Of a stretch of 64,000 nucleotides of DNA, positions 30,437 through 38,711 are shown in pieces. A program made the translations under genes and the position numbers. Positions within the stretch are counted from its first letter, which is position 1, and each line of letters opens with the position of its first letter. Source of the stretch: Trueperaceae bacterium (lineage in GTDB: Bacteria > Deinococcota > Deinococci > Deinococcales > Trueperaceae); assembly GCA_965213705.1 (NCBI GenBank), contig OZ243913.1:3328001-3392000 (forward strand), read 5' to 3'. The notes under the pieces were generated by a model. It ran no database searches and was not told where the DNA came from. It was given only the letters and a program-made list of their open reading frames with translations.

Positions 30437-30955
30437 TCAATCGCCGTTCACCGTCACCCGGTAAACAAAGGGGGCCTCTTGGCCTGGCTCGAACGGCGTA
30501 AGCAGGGTCCAGCGCACCACGCTGTAGTCGCTCGGCGCGGCGGGCTGGCGGGCACCGGCGACGGTTTTGAACAGGGGCGCGTCGCCGTCGCCGAAGGTTT
30601 CACCGTCGACCGAAAATTCGGTGAGGACATCGTCGCTAGTCGGCGTGGCCGAATTAGCGACGTAGGTGGTACCGTCCGGCACCGGGCCGGTCACCACGAC
30701 GGTGCCGGGCGGCAGGGTGGTGTCGCCGTCGTTGTTGGCAAACAGCCGGTACTCGACCGTTTGGCCGGGGCGGGCGGTGGCGGCCTCCTGGAACGTTTCG
30801 TTGCCGCCCACCCTGCTGACGATGAAAATTTCCAAACTGACCGACACCGGGTTGGCGTTGGGGTCAGCGTTTTGGTCGGCCTCGGCTTGCGCCCACGCGG
30901 CTGCGGGGGCGAGAAGCGCGAGCAGACAAACTAGGGTTTTGAAGGTTCTGAGCAT
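30437..30955 (-). CDS. Exported beta-rich protein (DUF11-like)
   Basis: Signal peptide (AWA-QA), ARPGQTVEY, PVPDGTTYVANSA, YRVTVN; AGGAG RBS. Confidence 0.7.
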   Translation of the reverse strand: MLRTFKTLVCLLALLAPAAAWAQAEADQNADPNANPVSVSLEIFIVSRVGGNETFQEAATARPGQTVEYRLFANNDGDTTLPPGTVVVTGPVPDGTTYVANSATPTSDDVLTEFSVDGETFGDGDAPLFKTVAGARQPAAPSDYSVVRWTLLTPFEPGQEAPFVYRVTVNGD

Positions 30956-31041
30956 GGTTCTCCTTTTAGCGAGCATAGCAAGCCTCGATTTGAAGGTGTT
31001 CAGGGTTGCATGAAGTCCAGCTTGAGTTGAGGCTCGAGGCC

Positions 31042-31827
31042 TCAGGACTTGTGCTCGAGCACCCGGTCGACAAATGCTTTCATGATCGCAAACACCTCGT
31101 CCCGCTGTTCGAAGTGCGGCGCGTGGGCGCACCCCGGCAACAGCCGCGCGTCGCAGGGGCCGCCGGTCTGGGTGGCGATGGCCTCGACCTGCTTGGCCGT
31201 ACCGTACTGGTCGTCCGCGCCTTGCAGCACGAGGAGCGGCACGCGGACGTCGGGGAGAAAAGTCTCCAAGTTCCAGGTGCGAAAGTCCTCGGACAGCCAG
31301 GTGTCGTTCCAGCCCCAAAACGCCACGTCGACGTGGTCGTGGTATTTCGCCAGGCGGGCGCGCAAGTCGCCTTGTAGGTACTGCTCGCGCACCTTGCGGA
31401 TAGACGTTATGGTGACCTGTTCGGTGAACACGTGCGCCGCCTCGGTGACGACGCCGCGCAACCCCGGCGCAGTCGTGCCTCCCGCGTAAACCAGGGCGAT
31501 GGAGCCGCCGTCCGAGTGCCCGACGAGCACGTGGTCCCGTATCTCCAGCTTGGACAGCATTTGGGGCAACACGTTTAAAGCCTCGTGGTGAAGATAGTGG
31601 GCGGTGCGCGGCAGCTCGCACGGGTCGGAACGTCCGTAACCCGCACGGCTGTAAAGAAGTGCGCCGCAGCCCGTCGCCGCGGCGAGGCTTGCGGGAAAGT
31701 CGCGCCACAGTTCCGCACAGCCCAGACCCTCGTGCAAAAACACCAGCGTCGGGGCGTCTTGGGGTGGGGGGCCGTGCCAAAGGTACTCGAGCCGCTGGCC
31801 GTCCAAGGTCACGTTCAGTTCTGTCAA
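31042..31827 (-). CDS. Alpha/beta hydrolase
   Basis: LHEGLG, GHSDGG nucleophile elbow, QGADDQYG, HAPH; start approximate. Confidence 0.9.
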   Translation of the reverse strand: MTELNVTLDGQRLEYLWHGPPPQDAPTLVFLHEGLGCAELWRDFPASLAAATGCGALLYSRAGYGRSDPCELPRTAHYLHHEALNVLPQMLSKLEIRDHVLVGHSDGGSIALVYAGGTTAPGLRGVVTEAAHVFTEQVTITSIRKVREQYLQGDLRARLAKYHDHVDVAFWGWNDTWLSEDFRTWNLETFLPDVRVPLLVLQGADDQYGTAKQVEAIATQTGGPCDARLLPGCAHAPHFEQRDEVFAIMKAFVDRVLEHKS

Positions 31828-31978
31828 AGTCGTCGCTCTCTCACAAGTTTGCAGCCCGTGACGTCGTTTCCGCAAGCAAGGCGCTCGAACGACCTACTCG
31901 TAAACCCGTACTCATAAACCAAAGATACTACAAGAAACCCGTTTTCGGAAAAAGTGGGAACGCAAAAAGCCACCCACA

Positions 31979-31998
31979 CCTCACAAGAGTTTTGTAAG
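31979..31998. promoter_or_regulatory. Candidate operator CCTCACAA-N3-TTTTGTAAG (second copy)
   Basis: Matches 11102-11121; about 60 bp upstream of the DUF805 gene. Confidence 0.45.
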
Positions 31999-32058
31999 AC
32001 CGACGGCCCTAAACTGAACACCAGGCACTCGTGCCAGGTCGAGCACAAGGAGTTTTAC

Positions 32059-32439
32059 GTGGGATCGTTACTTTCTACCCGGGGACGCATGAGCCGTGCC
32101 GGTTACTTTTGGAAAGGGCTGGCGGCGACCGCTTTGCTTTACGCGGGCGTCTTTTTGTCTTTCCTACTCACTTCCGGAGCCGCCGAGAGCGACGCGCCCC
32201 TGTCCCTTTGGGTCATACTCGGCATTTCCACCCTTTACGGCGGTGTCAACACGGTCAAGCGGCTGCACGACCTCGGCAGACCCGGCTGGCACTACTGGCT
32301 CGGGTACATTCCCCTTTACAACTTTTATCTGGGCATCATTTTGACGTTCAGGGCGGGTACGCCGGGCGCGAACGCCTACGGTGACAACCCGGTGACAAAG
32401 CCGTCGCGGGTCACCCGAGCCGGAGTCGGTCTCAGGTAG
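32059..32439 (+). CDS. DUF805 inner membrane protein
   Basis: GRMSR..YF, VKRLHDLGRPGW, GTPGANAYG.NP; AAGGAG RBS. Confidence 0.88.
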   Translation: MGSLLSTRGRMSRAGYFWKGLAATALLYAGVFLSFLLTSGAAESDAPLSLWVILGISTLYGGVNTVKRLHDLGRPGWHYWLGYIPLYNFYLGIILTFRAGTPGANAYGDNPVTKPSRVTRAGVGLR

Positions 32440-32510
32440 CCCCCTGCAGGGCGGCGGGCGGAAGGTTTGAAGTCTGCCCGGCGGGTCGGTTCGCGCTTAC
32501 CCGGCACTTG

Positions 32511-33293
32511 TTACTCGTCGTCCGCCCAAGCGGGTGCGCGTTTCTCCAGAAACGCGGCGACGCCCTCTTTTAGGTCGTCCGTGGTGCGGGACAAAGCGTT
32601 GAGGTTCGTGGCGTAGCTCAGCCCCTCGTCTAGGCCCAAGCTCGGGACCACAGCGAGTAGGCGCTTGGTCAGCGCGAGCGAAACCGGGGAGTTGGCCTTT
32701 AGGGTTTGGGCGAGTCCTAGGGCTCGGGGCAACACCTCGTTGAGGGGCCGCACCTCGTTGACGAGACCCATGTTGAGCGCTTCTTGCGCCGTGACCAACC
32801 GCGCCGAGAGCAGCAGGTCGCGCGCCGCCTTCTCGCCCGTCTGCCGCACCAAAAAAACGCCGACCAGCGCCGCCACAAAGCCGACGCGCGCCTCGGTATA
32901 GCCGAGCTTGGCCGCGTCGCTGATGACGGTGAGGTCGCAGACCGAGGCCAGGCCCGCACCGCCGGCCAGCGCGTGGCCGTTCACCGCGGCGATGACCGGC
33001 TTGGGAAACGTGTAAACGAGCTTGAACAGCGCGGCCAACGCCGCCGAGTCCGCCAAGTTCTCCTCGCTCGACTTGGCGCTCAGCGTGCCGAGTTCGCCCA
33101 AGTCCAACCCTGAACAAAAAACTTTTCCCGCGCCCGTGAGCACGACGGCGCGCACCCCCTCATCGTCTTTGGCCGCCTCGAACGCCCCTTGCAGCGCCGC
33201 CCGCAGCTCCAGACTCAGGGCGTTGCGCACCTCGGGCCGGTTGAGTGTGAGCGTCATGACGGCGTCGCGGGTGTCGGTAAGGAGGACGGGCAT
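32511..33293 (-). CDS. Enoyl-CoA hydratase family (methylglutaconyl-CoA hydratase-like)
   Basis: LNRPEVRNAL, FCSGLDL, GHALAGGAGL, YTEARVG. Confidence 0.9.
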   Translation of the reverse strand: MPVLLTDTRDAVMTLTLNRPEVRNALSLELRAALQGAFEAAKDDEGVRAVVLTGAGKVFCSGLDLGELGTLSAKSSEENLADSAALAALFKLVYTFPKPVIAAVNGHALAGGAGLASVCDLTVISDAAKLGYTEARVGFVAALVGVFLVRQTGEKAARDLLLSARLVTAQEALNMGLVNEVRPLNEVLPRALGLAQTLKANSPVSLALTKRLLAVVPSLGLDEGLSYATNLNALSRTTDDLKEGVAAFLEKRAPAWADDE

Positions 33294-33380
33294 GGGGTCG
33301 GAGTCGAGTCTACACGATGAGGAAGGTTGAGAACGGAAAACCGTTCGGAACTCAACGAAAACGAGCAGCCGGACAGGTTT

Positions 33381-33432
33381 TCTACTCGGTACTTTTCACT
33401 CGGTACTTGGCACTTTCTACTCGATACTTTCC
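33381..33432. repeat. Heptamer tandem repeats (tactcgg / tactttt / cactcgg ...)
   Basis: tctactcggtacttttcactcggtacttggcactttctactcgatactttcc; 7-bp period. Confidence 0.75.
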
Positions 33433-33500
33433 CCCTACTTCCACACAGCCTGAACGTTCAAACCGGCGTGAAGACCGGCGCAGCTTGGTACACTGCTGTC

Positions 33501-34916
33501 ATGCTCGAGCCCGTCATTGGTTTGGAAGTCCACCTCGCCCTGAAAACGAACACGAAGCTGTTTTGCGCGTGTCCGGCGGACAGCTTCGGCCTCGGACCCA
33601 ACGTGAGTACCTGCCCGGTCTGTCTGGGTTTGCCCGGCAGTTTGCCGGTCGTCAACCGCGAGGCGCTTCACAAGGCCGTCATGCTGAGCCTCGCGTTGCA
33701 CTGCGAGGTGCCCACGCTCACCCAGTTTCACCGCAAAAACTATTACTACCCCGACGCGCCCAAGAACTACCAAATCAGCCAGCTCGATAAGCCCGTGGGT
33801 GAGCGCGGCTACGTGGACTTGGGGCCGGGCCGCCGCATCGGCGTCACGCGCTGTCATGTCGAGGAGGACGCGGGCCGGCTCGTCCACCCGAGTTACGCAA
33901 GCCACAGCCTCGTCGACCTCAACCGGGCGGGCGCGCCGCTGCTCGAACTCGTCACCGAGCCGGACCTGCGCACGCCCGAAGAAGCGCGGGCTTTTTTGGT
34001 CAAGGTGCGCGCGGTCGCCCAGGCGCTGGGCGTGTCCGACGCCAACCCCGAAGAGGGCAAGATGCGCGCCGACGTCAACGTGTCGCTGCGGCGGCCGGGC
34101 GAGGGTTTGGGCACCAAGGTCGAGGTCAAAAACCTCAACTCGTTCAAAAGCGTGCAGCGGGCGCTCGAGTTCGAAATTAAACGTCAGACGCGCCTTTTAG
34201 AAGACGGCGGCGCGGTCGTGCAGAGCACGCTCGGTTGGGACGACGGCGGCCAAAAGACCTACCTTATGCGCACCAAAGAGGGCTCCGCCGACTACCGTTA
34301 CCTGCCCGACCCCGACCTGCCGCCCATGATGATAGGCGTGGACTGGTTGGCGGCGGTGCAGGCCGCCACCCCGGAACTGCCCGAGGCCAAGCTGGCACGC
34401 TACGCAGGTGCGGGCGTCCGCGCCTACGACGCCGAAATCGTCGCCTACGACGTGGCTTTGAGTGGGTTTTTCGACGAAACTTTGGCGCTCTACGACGGCG
34501 ACCCGCAAGGAGTCGCCAACTGGCTGAACGGCGACGTGACCGGCTACTTGAACGCGCGCGGCCTGGACTTGGGCGCGTCGAAGCTCACGCCGCGACACCT
34601 CGCCGAACTCGTCGGACTCGTCGACGACGGTACCCTGTCGGGCAAAAGCGCCAAAGACATCTTGCCCGACGTGATGGCGGGGACTGCGCCGAAAACGCTC
34701 GTCGAGGAGCGCGGCCTGAGCCAGATTTCCGACGCGGGCGCACTGGAGAGTTTGGTCGAAGCCGTGCTGAGCGCCCACCCCGACCTCGTGGCGCGGGTGC
34801 AGGCCAACCCGAAAGCCGTCAACGCCCTGCTCGGCCAAGTCATGAAAGAGAGCCGCGGCCAAGCCAACCCCGAGGCGGTGCGGGCGCTGTTGGGACGCAA
34901 GCTCGAGCGTGTTTGA
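33501..34916 (+). CDS. gatB: Asp/Glu-tRNA amidotransferase subunit B
   Basis: VIGLEVH, RKNYYYPD, EEDAG, DLNRAG.PLLE, VEVKNLNS, DYRYLPDPDL. Confidence 0.97.
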   Translation: MLEPVIGLEVHLALKTNTKLFCACPADSFGLGPNVSTCPVCLGLPGSLPVVNREALHKAVMLSLALHCEVPTLTQFHRKNYYYPDAPKNYQISQLDKPVGERGYVDLGPGRRIGVTRCHVEEDAGRLVHPSYASHSLVDLNRAGAPLLELVTEPDLRTPEEARAFLVKVRAVAQALGVSDANPEEGKMRADVNVSLRRPGEGLGTKVEVKNLNSFKSVQRALEFEIKRQTRLLEDGGAVVQSTLGWDDGGQKTYLMRTKEGSADYRYLPDPDLPPMMIGVDWLAAVQAATPELPEAKLARYAGAGVRAYDAEIVAYDVALSGFFDETLALYDGDPQGVANWLNGDVTGYLNARGLDLGASKLTPRHLAELVGLVDDGTLSGKSAKDILPDVMAGTAPKTLVEERGLSQISDAGALESLVEAVLSAHPDLVARVQANPKAVNALLGQVMKESRGQANPEAVRALLGRKLERV

Positions 34917-35163
34917 ACCAACGCGTTCCCAAGGCTGTTTGAAAGCGCCACAGGACCGGCGACGTGCCGGTTGGTGTGGTGCCGGTTGGTGACAGCTGAT
35001 ACGGCACCGGCACGTTTTAGCAAGTATGGTAAATTTCTCTGAGCACCGGGTCGCGCCGACAGCTTGCTGTAGCCACCGACGAGGTCAACCCGCCCGCCGT
35101 CTTCAGCGGCTGAAACGCGACCTCGACGCCGCCAGAGTCGACCATCTCGAGGGGGAACCGTGC

Positions 35164-35946
35164 GTGGACTTATCCGTCATCATTCCCGCCTTTAACGAGG
35201 CGGACACCCTGGCAAAAACCGTTGCCAGGGTGGCAGCACTTTTTGCCACGACACCGGGTGTTGAAATCATCATCGTCAACGACGGCAGTTCTGACGCAAC
35301 CTTGAGCGAGGCCGGCGGCGTCACCGCGGTCTACGCTAACTGCCGGGTCGTGTCCTACGCCGCCAACCGGGGCAAGGGCTACGCCCTGCGCCGCGGCTTT
35401 GCAGAGGCGCAGGGCCGACTCGTCGCCTTTATCGACGCCGACGGAGAAATCGACCCCAGCGCCCTGTTCGCTCTGCTGGACCACCAAAAGGCGGCCGAGG
35501 TCAGCGTGGTCGTCGGCAAACGCGCCGTGCGGGGCGTGCGCCCCGGCTACCGGCAAATCATGACCCACACGGTTCGCTTGGTCGGCGGCCGCTTGTTCAA
35601 ACTGCCGGTAGGCGATTCTCAAGCGGGCGTCAAGCTGTTCGTCAAAAGCGACGTCGCCGACTTGGTCGCTCACTGCCGCGAAGCCGGCTACCTGTTCGAC
35701 CTAGAACTGCTCGCCCTGGCCCACTTCCGGGGCTTGCCCATCCACGAAATTCCGGTCGAGGTGACGATTTTGCGCACGAGCCGCATCACCTTGGCAACCG
35801 GCGTCAGGTCGCTCGGCCAGATGGTGAGGCTCGTGCTGAGCCGAGACCGCCTAGCCCGCTACGCCGCGCCGCCCGAAACCCAGACCGCGCCCTTGGCAAC
35901 TTCGCTGTTGTCGCTCACCCTGGGCCGAGAGTCGCTGGGCGAGTGA
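35164..35946 (+). CDS. GT2 glycosyltransferase (polyprenol-phosphate glycosyl synthase-like)
   Basis: SVIIPAFNE, NDGSSD, NRGKG, FIDADG, DSQAGVK, FDLELL. Confidence 0.88.
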   Translation: MDLSVIIPAFNEADTLAKTVARVAALFATTPGVEIIIVNDGSSDATLSEAGGVTAVYANCRVVSYAANRGKGYALRRGFAEAQGRLVAFIDADGEIDPSALFALLDHQKAAEVSVVVGKRAVRGVRPGYRQIMTHTVRLVGGRLFKLPVGDSQAGVKLFVKSDVADLVAHCREAGYLFDLELLALAHFRGLPIHEIPVEVTILRTSRITLATGVRSLGQMVRLVLSRDRLARYAAPPETQTAPLATSLLSLTLGRESLGE

Positions 35947-36794
35947 TGGCCGCCCGACACGTTTCCGTCGTGGTGCCGACCAAAAACGCCGAACGTACCC
36001 TGGCACGCTGCTTGGCGTCCCTACAGCGCCAAACCGTGCCTCCGCTCGAGGTGATAGTGGTGGACAACTTCAGCACCGACGCGACGGTGGCGATAGCCGA
36101 ACGCTGCGGAACTAGGGTCTACCGGCACGGTTCCGAGCGCAGCGAACAGCGCAACTGCGGGACTAGGCTAGCTCGGGGGGACTGTGTCCTCTTCGTCGAC
36201 GCCGACATGTACTTGCAACCGGGTGCCGTGGCGGCGAGCGCACGCGCCCTGCTGGACCACGACGCGGTCGTCCTGCCCGAAGCGTCGTTCGGCGCAGGGT
36301 TTTGGGCGCGCTGCAGGGCGCTCGAGCGGCGCTGCTACGTGGGCTCGAGCCTTGAAGCGGCCAGGGGCTTTCGGCGGGAGGTGCTGACGCATTTGGGCGG
36401 CTACGACGAAAACCTGTTCGCCTTTGAAGACTGGGACCTGCACAACCGCTGCGCCGCGGCGGGTTACCGCGTCGGCCGCGCCGGGTCCGGCCAAATCCTT
36501 GTCACTCACGACGAGGGCTTGTTGAGTTTGGGGCAAAGCGCGCGCAAAAAACACTACTACGGCGGTGCGCTGCAACGCTACGCTGCCAAGCACCCACACC
36601 TGGCAAGGCAGCAAACCGGGGCGTTGCCACGCCTGAAGTTGCTGCTGCGCCACTGGCCTCTGTTGGCCCGCCATCCCCTACTCACCGCCGGGGTTATTGT
36701 GTTGAAAGCGGTCGAGGGGTCGGCCGGAAGGGTCGCCGCCCGAAGCCGCGCTCTACGGGGCGCACGGCACAGCCCAAAGGAGGCTGACGCATGA
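35943..36794 (+). CDS. GT2 glycosyltransferase
   Basis: VVVPTKN, VVDNFSTD, FVDAD, GGYDE, EDWDL. Confidence 0.88.
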   Translation: MMAARHVSVVVPTKNAERTLARCLASLQRQTVPPLEVIVVDNFSTDATVAIAERCGTRVYRHGSERSEQRNCGTRLARGDCVLFVDADMYLQPGAVAASARALLDHDAVVLPEASFGAGFWARCRALERRCYVGSSLEAARGFRREVLTHLGGYDENLFAFEDWDLHNRCAAAGYRVGRAGSGQILVTHDEGLLSLGQSARKKHYYGGALQRYAAKHPHLARQQTGALPRLKLLLRHWPLLARHPLLTAGVIVLKAVEGSAGRVAARSRALRGARHSPKEADA

Positions 36795-37438
36795 CGAAAC
36801 GTTTGGCTGGTTTGCTGTTGACGAGCGTGCTGTGGGGGACGTCGGCCGCCCAGCAAGTGTCGCCGTCCACACCGCTCATCCCCGTACCCGACGTTTCGGC
36901 CGAGGTACCCACCGTGTTGTCAGGCAACATCCCCGACTTAGCCACGGCCCCGCCTGTCACGATTGCCGCTATTCTACGGTTGGCAAACCTGGGCGCTTAC
37001 CCCTTTGCCGAAGGCTTTTTGGCCCAACCGAACGAGCCGGCGACCCAGGCCGACCTGGCCTTTGTCCTCGTCAACTTGTTCGCGCCCACCGTCAACGGCG
37101 AGTTTCCCGTTCCCGCCGAGACAGCCCTCGTTTACCTGGAAAGCCGGTTGGCAGCGGACGGCGACCCAGAAAGCCTGACGACGGAGACCCCAACAGAAGA
37201 AACCCTGGCGGCTGTCGGCGAGGCCGGCGTCGTGACGGGCGAAGGAGCGTTGCAAGCCCTGGTCGCCGTGTCACAACTCTCCTTAGAGGCCGAGGTGGCG
37301 GTGCGCTTCGCCCTTACCGAACAGTTTCCGGCGTTCGGCGCGGGCAACTTCGACACTGTGCTGACGCGGGCAGCGCTGGCCCTGTTCGGTTCTCTGGCGC
37401 TCGACGCCATGGAAACCCAGAGCCAACCCGGCGGTTGA
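36791..37438 (+). CDS. Exported acidic protein, possibly with SLH-like motifs
   Basis: Signal peptide (TSAA-QQ); PNEPATQADLAFVL and VLTRAALA resemble SLH TRAE motifs; translationally coupled to the GT2 gene. Confidence 0.6.
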   Translation: MTKRLAGLLLTSVLWGTSAAQQVSPSTPLIPVPDVSAEVPTVLSGNIPDLATAPPVTIAAILRLANLGAYPFAEGFLAQPNEPATQADLAFVLVNLFAPTVNGEFPVPAETALVYLESRLAADGDPESLTTETPTEETLAAVGEAGVVTGEGALQALVAVSQLSLEAEVAVRFALTEQFPAFGAGNFDTVLTRAALALFGSLALDAMETQSQPGG

Positions 37439-37460
37439 GCGGGGCGCGCGGTGAAAACCC

Positions 37461-38711
37461 GTGAAAGCGTCGTCCCTCAAGGGCTCGAGCGGACCTGCCG
37501 GGTTTCTGTCTACAGTTTTGCCGCCGGACTCTCGAGCCGGGTTTTTTCTACTCCTCGCCGCGGGGCTGGCGAGCGCCCTCACCCTCGGTTTTACCGTGGT
37601 CGCGGCGCGCCTGCTCGAGCCCGTTCACTACAGCGCGTTTATGGCCCTGTTCGGACTTTGGTCGCTCTTAAGCGTACCGACCACTACCTTGCAACTCGTG
37701 GCGGCGCGCCATTTGGCGCGGCCGGGCGGCCTAGCGACGGGTTTCCGGCGGCAGATGACGAGGTGGCTGGGCGTTACGCTCGTCGTCGTTTCGCTGCCCG
37801 TAGTGGCGCTGGTGTGGTTTGCCGCTGAAGGTCTCGGGCTGACGCAGACGGTCGCCGTGAGCGTCGCTTTGCAAGCTTTGTGGCTTGGCACGGCGGTCGC
37901 TTGGCTGCGCGGGCGGGCGCAAGCCCAAGAAAGCTTTGTACGGTTCGGGCTTTCCGACGCGGTTGCCGCCACGCTGCGACTCGGCACCTTGGGCCTGCTG
38001 CTTGGTTTTACCCAGTTTTCGTATCAGTGGGGACTGTTCGTCAGCTTGGGTTTGGGCAGTTTGGCAACTTTCGCCGTGTTGCCGCCCAAGGCGTTGACTA
38101 GAGACGCCGCCCCGCTTGAGGTGCGAACACTGGCGGCTTCAGCCGGGTCCGCGTTTCTCGTCACCCTCGCCCTGGGCGTCCTGACCAACCTGGACCTGCT
38201 GTGGGCGCGCTACGCGCTGGACGGCCCGCAAGCGGGTTTTTTCGCAGCCGGCACCCTGGCAAGTCGGCCGTTCATCCTGCTCGGCGCGGTCGCCGGGACC
38301 GTCATGCTGCCCAAAGTGGCTAGCGGCGCGACCCATCACGCCGAGCTGCTGAAAACGGCGCTGTTTTTGCTGGCCGGCGGCCTCGTTCTCGCCGCGGCGG
38401 CGCACCTGTTCGCCGCGCCGCTCGTCACGCTTTTTTTCGGCGAAACGTACCGGGCGGCCGTTCACACGGCGCGGGCGGCCGCCTGGGGCGGCGCGCTGGT
38501 CGCCCCGGTCGTCATGCTGGCGAACGCTCGCCTAGGGCTCGGACGTTCTTTTGCGGCTGCCGGGTTCGCCCTGTTTACCGTTGCACAGGTCGCGGCTGTT
38601 TTTGCTTTGGCACTTTTTGCTTTAGCACCCAGCGGCCCTCTCTATTGGGTCGTCTGCGGCGTCCTGAGTACGGCCTACCTCGCGCTCAGCCTGCTTCGCA
38701 GCTACCGCTGA
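37461..38711 (+). CDS. Oligosaccharide flippase (Wzx/MOP-like)
   Basis: About 12 TM segments, ARLL...YS, NLDLLWAR, AGFF, VMLPKV. Confidence 0.78.
   Translation: MKASSLKGSSGPAGFLSTVLPPDSRAGFFLLLAAGLASALTLGFTVVAARLLEPVHYSAFMALFGLWSLLSVPTTTLQLVAARHLARPGGLATGFRRQMTRWLGVTLVVVSLPVVALVWFAAEGLGLTQTVAVSVALQALWLGTAVAWLRGRAQAQESFVRFGLSDAVAATLRLGTLGLLLGFTQFSYQWGLFVSLGLGSLATFAVLPPKALTRDAAPLEVRTLAASAGSAFLVTLALGVLTNLDLLWARYALDGPQAGFFAAGTLASRPFILLGAVAGTVMLPKVASGATHHAELLKTALFLLAGGLVLAAAAHLFAAPLVTLFFGETYRAAVHTARAAAWGGALVAPVVMLANARLGLGRSFAAAGFALFTVAQVAAVFALALFALAPSGPLYWVVCGVLSTAYLALSLLRSYR

Noticed and set aside
31930..31975. c-di-GMP-I riboswitch-like text (aaaccc...gggaacgcaaaaagcc)
   Set aside because: No GNRA-capped P1 or recognisable P2/receptor hairpin; an Rfam search would be needed to revive it
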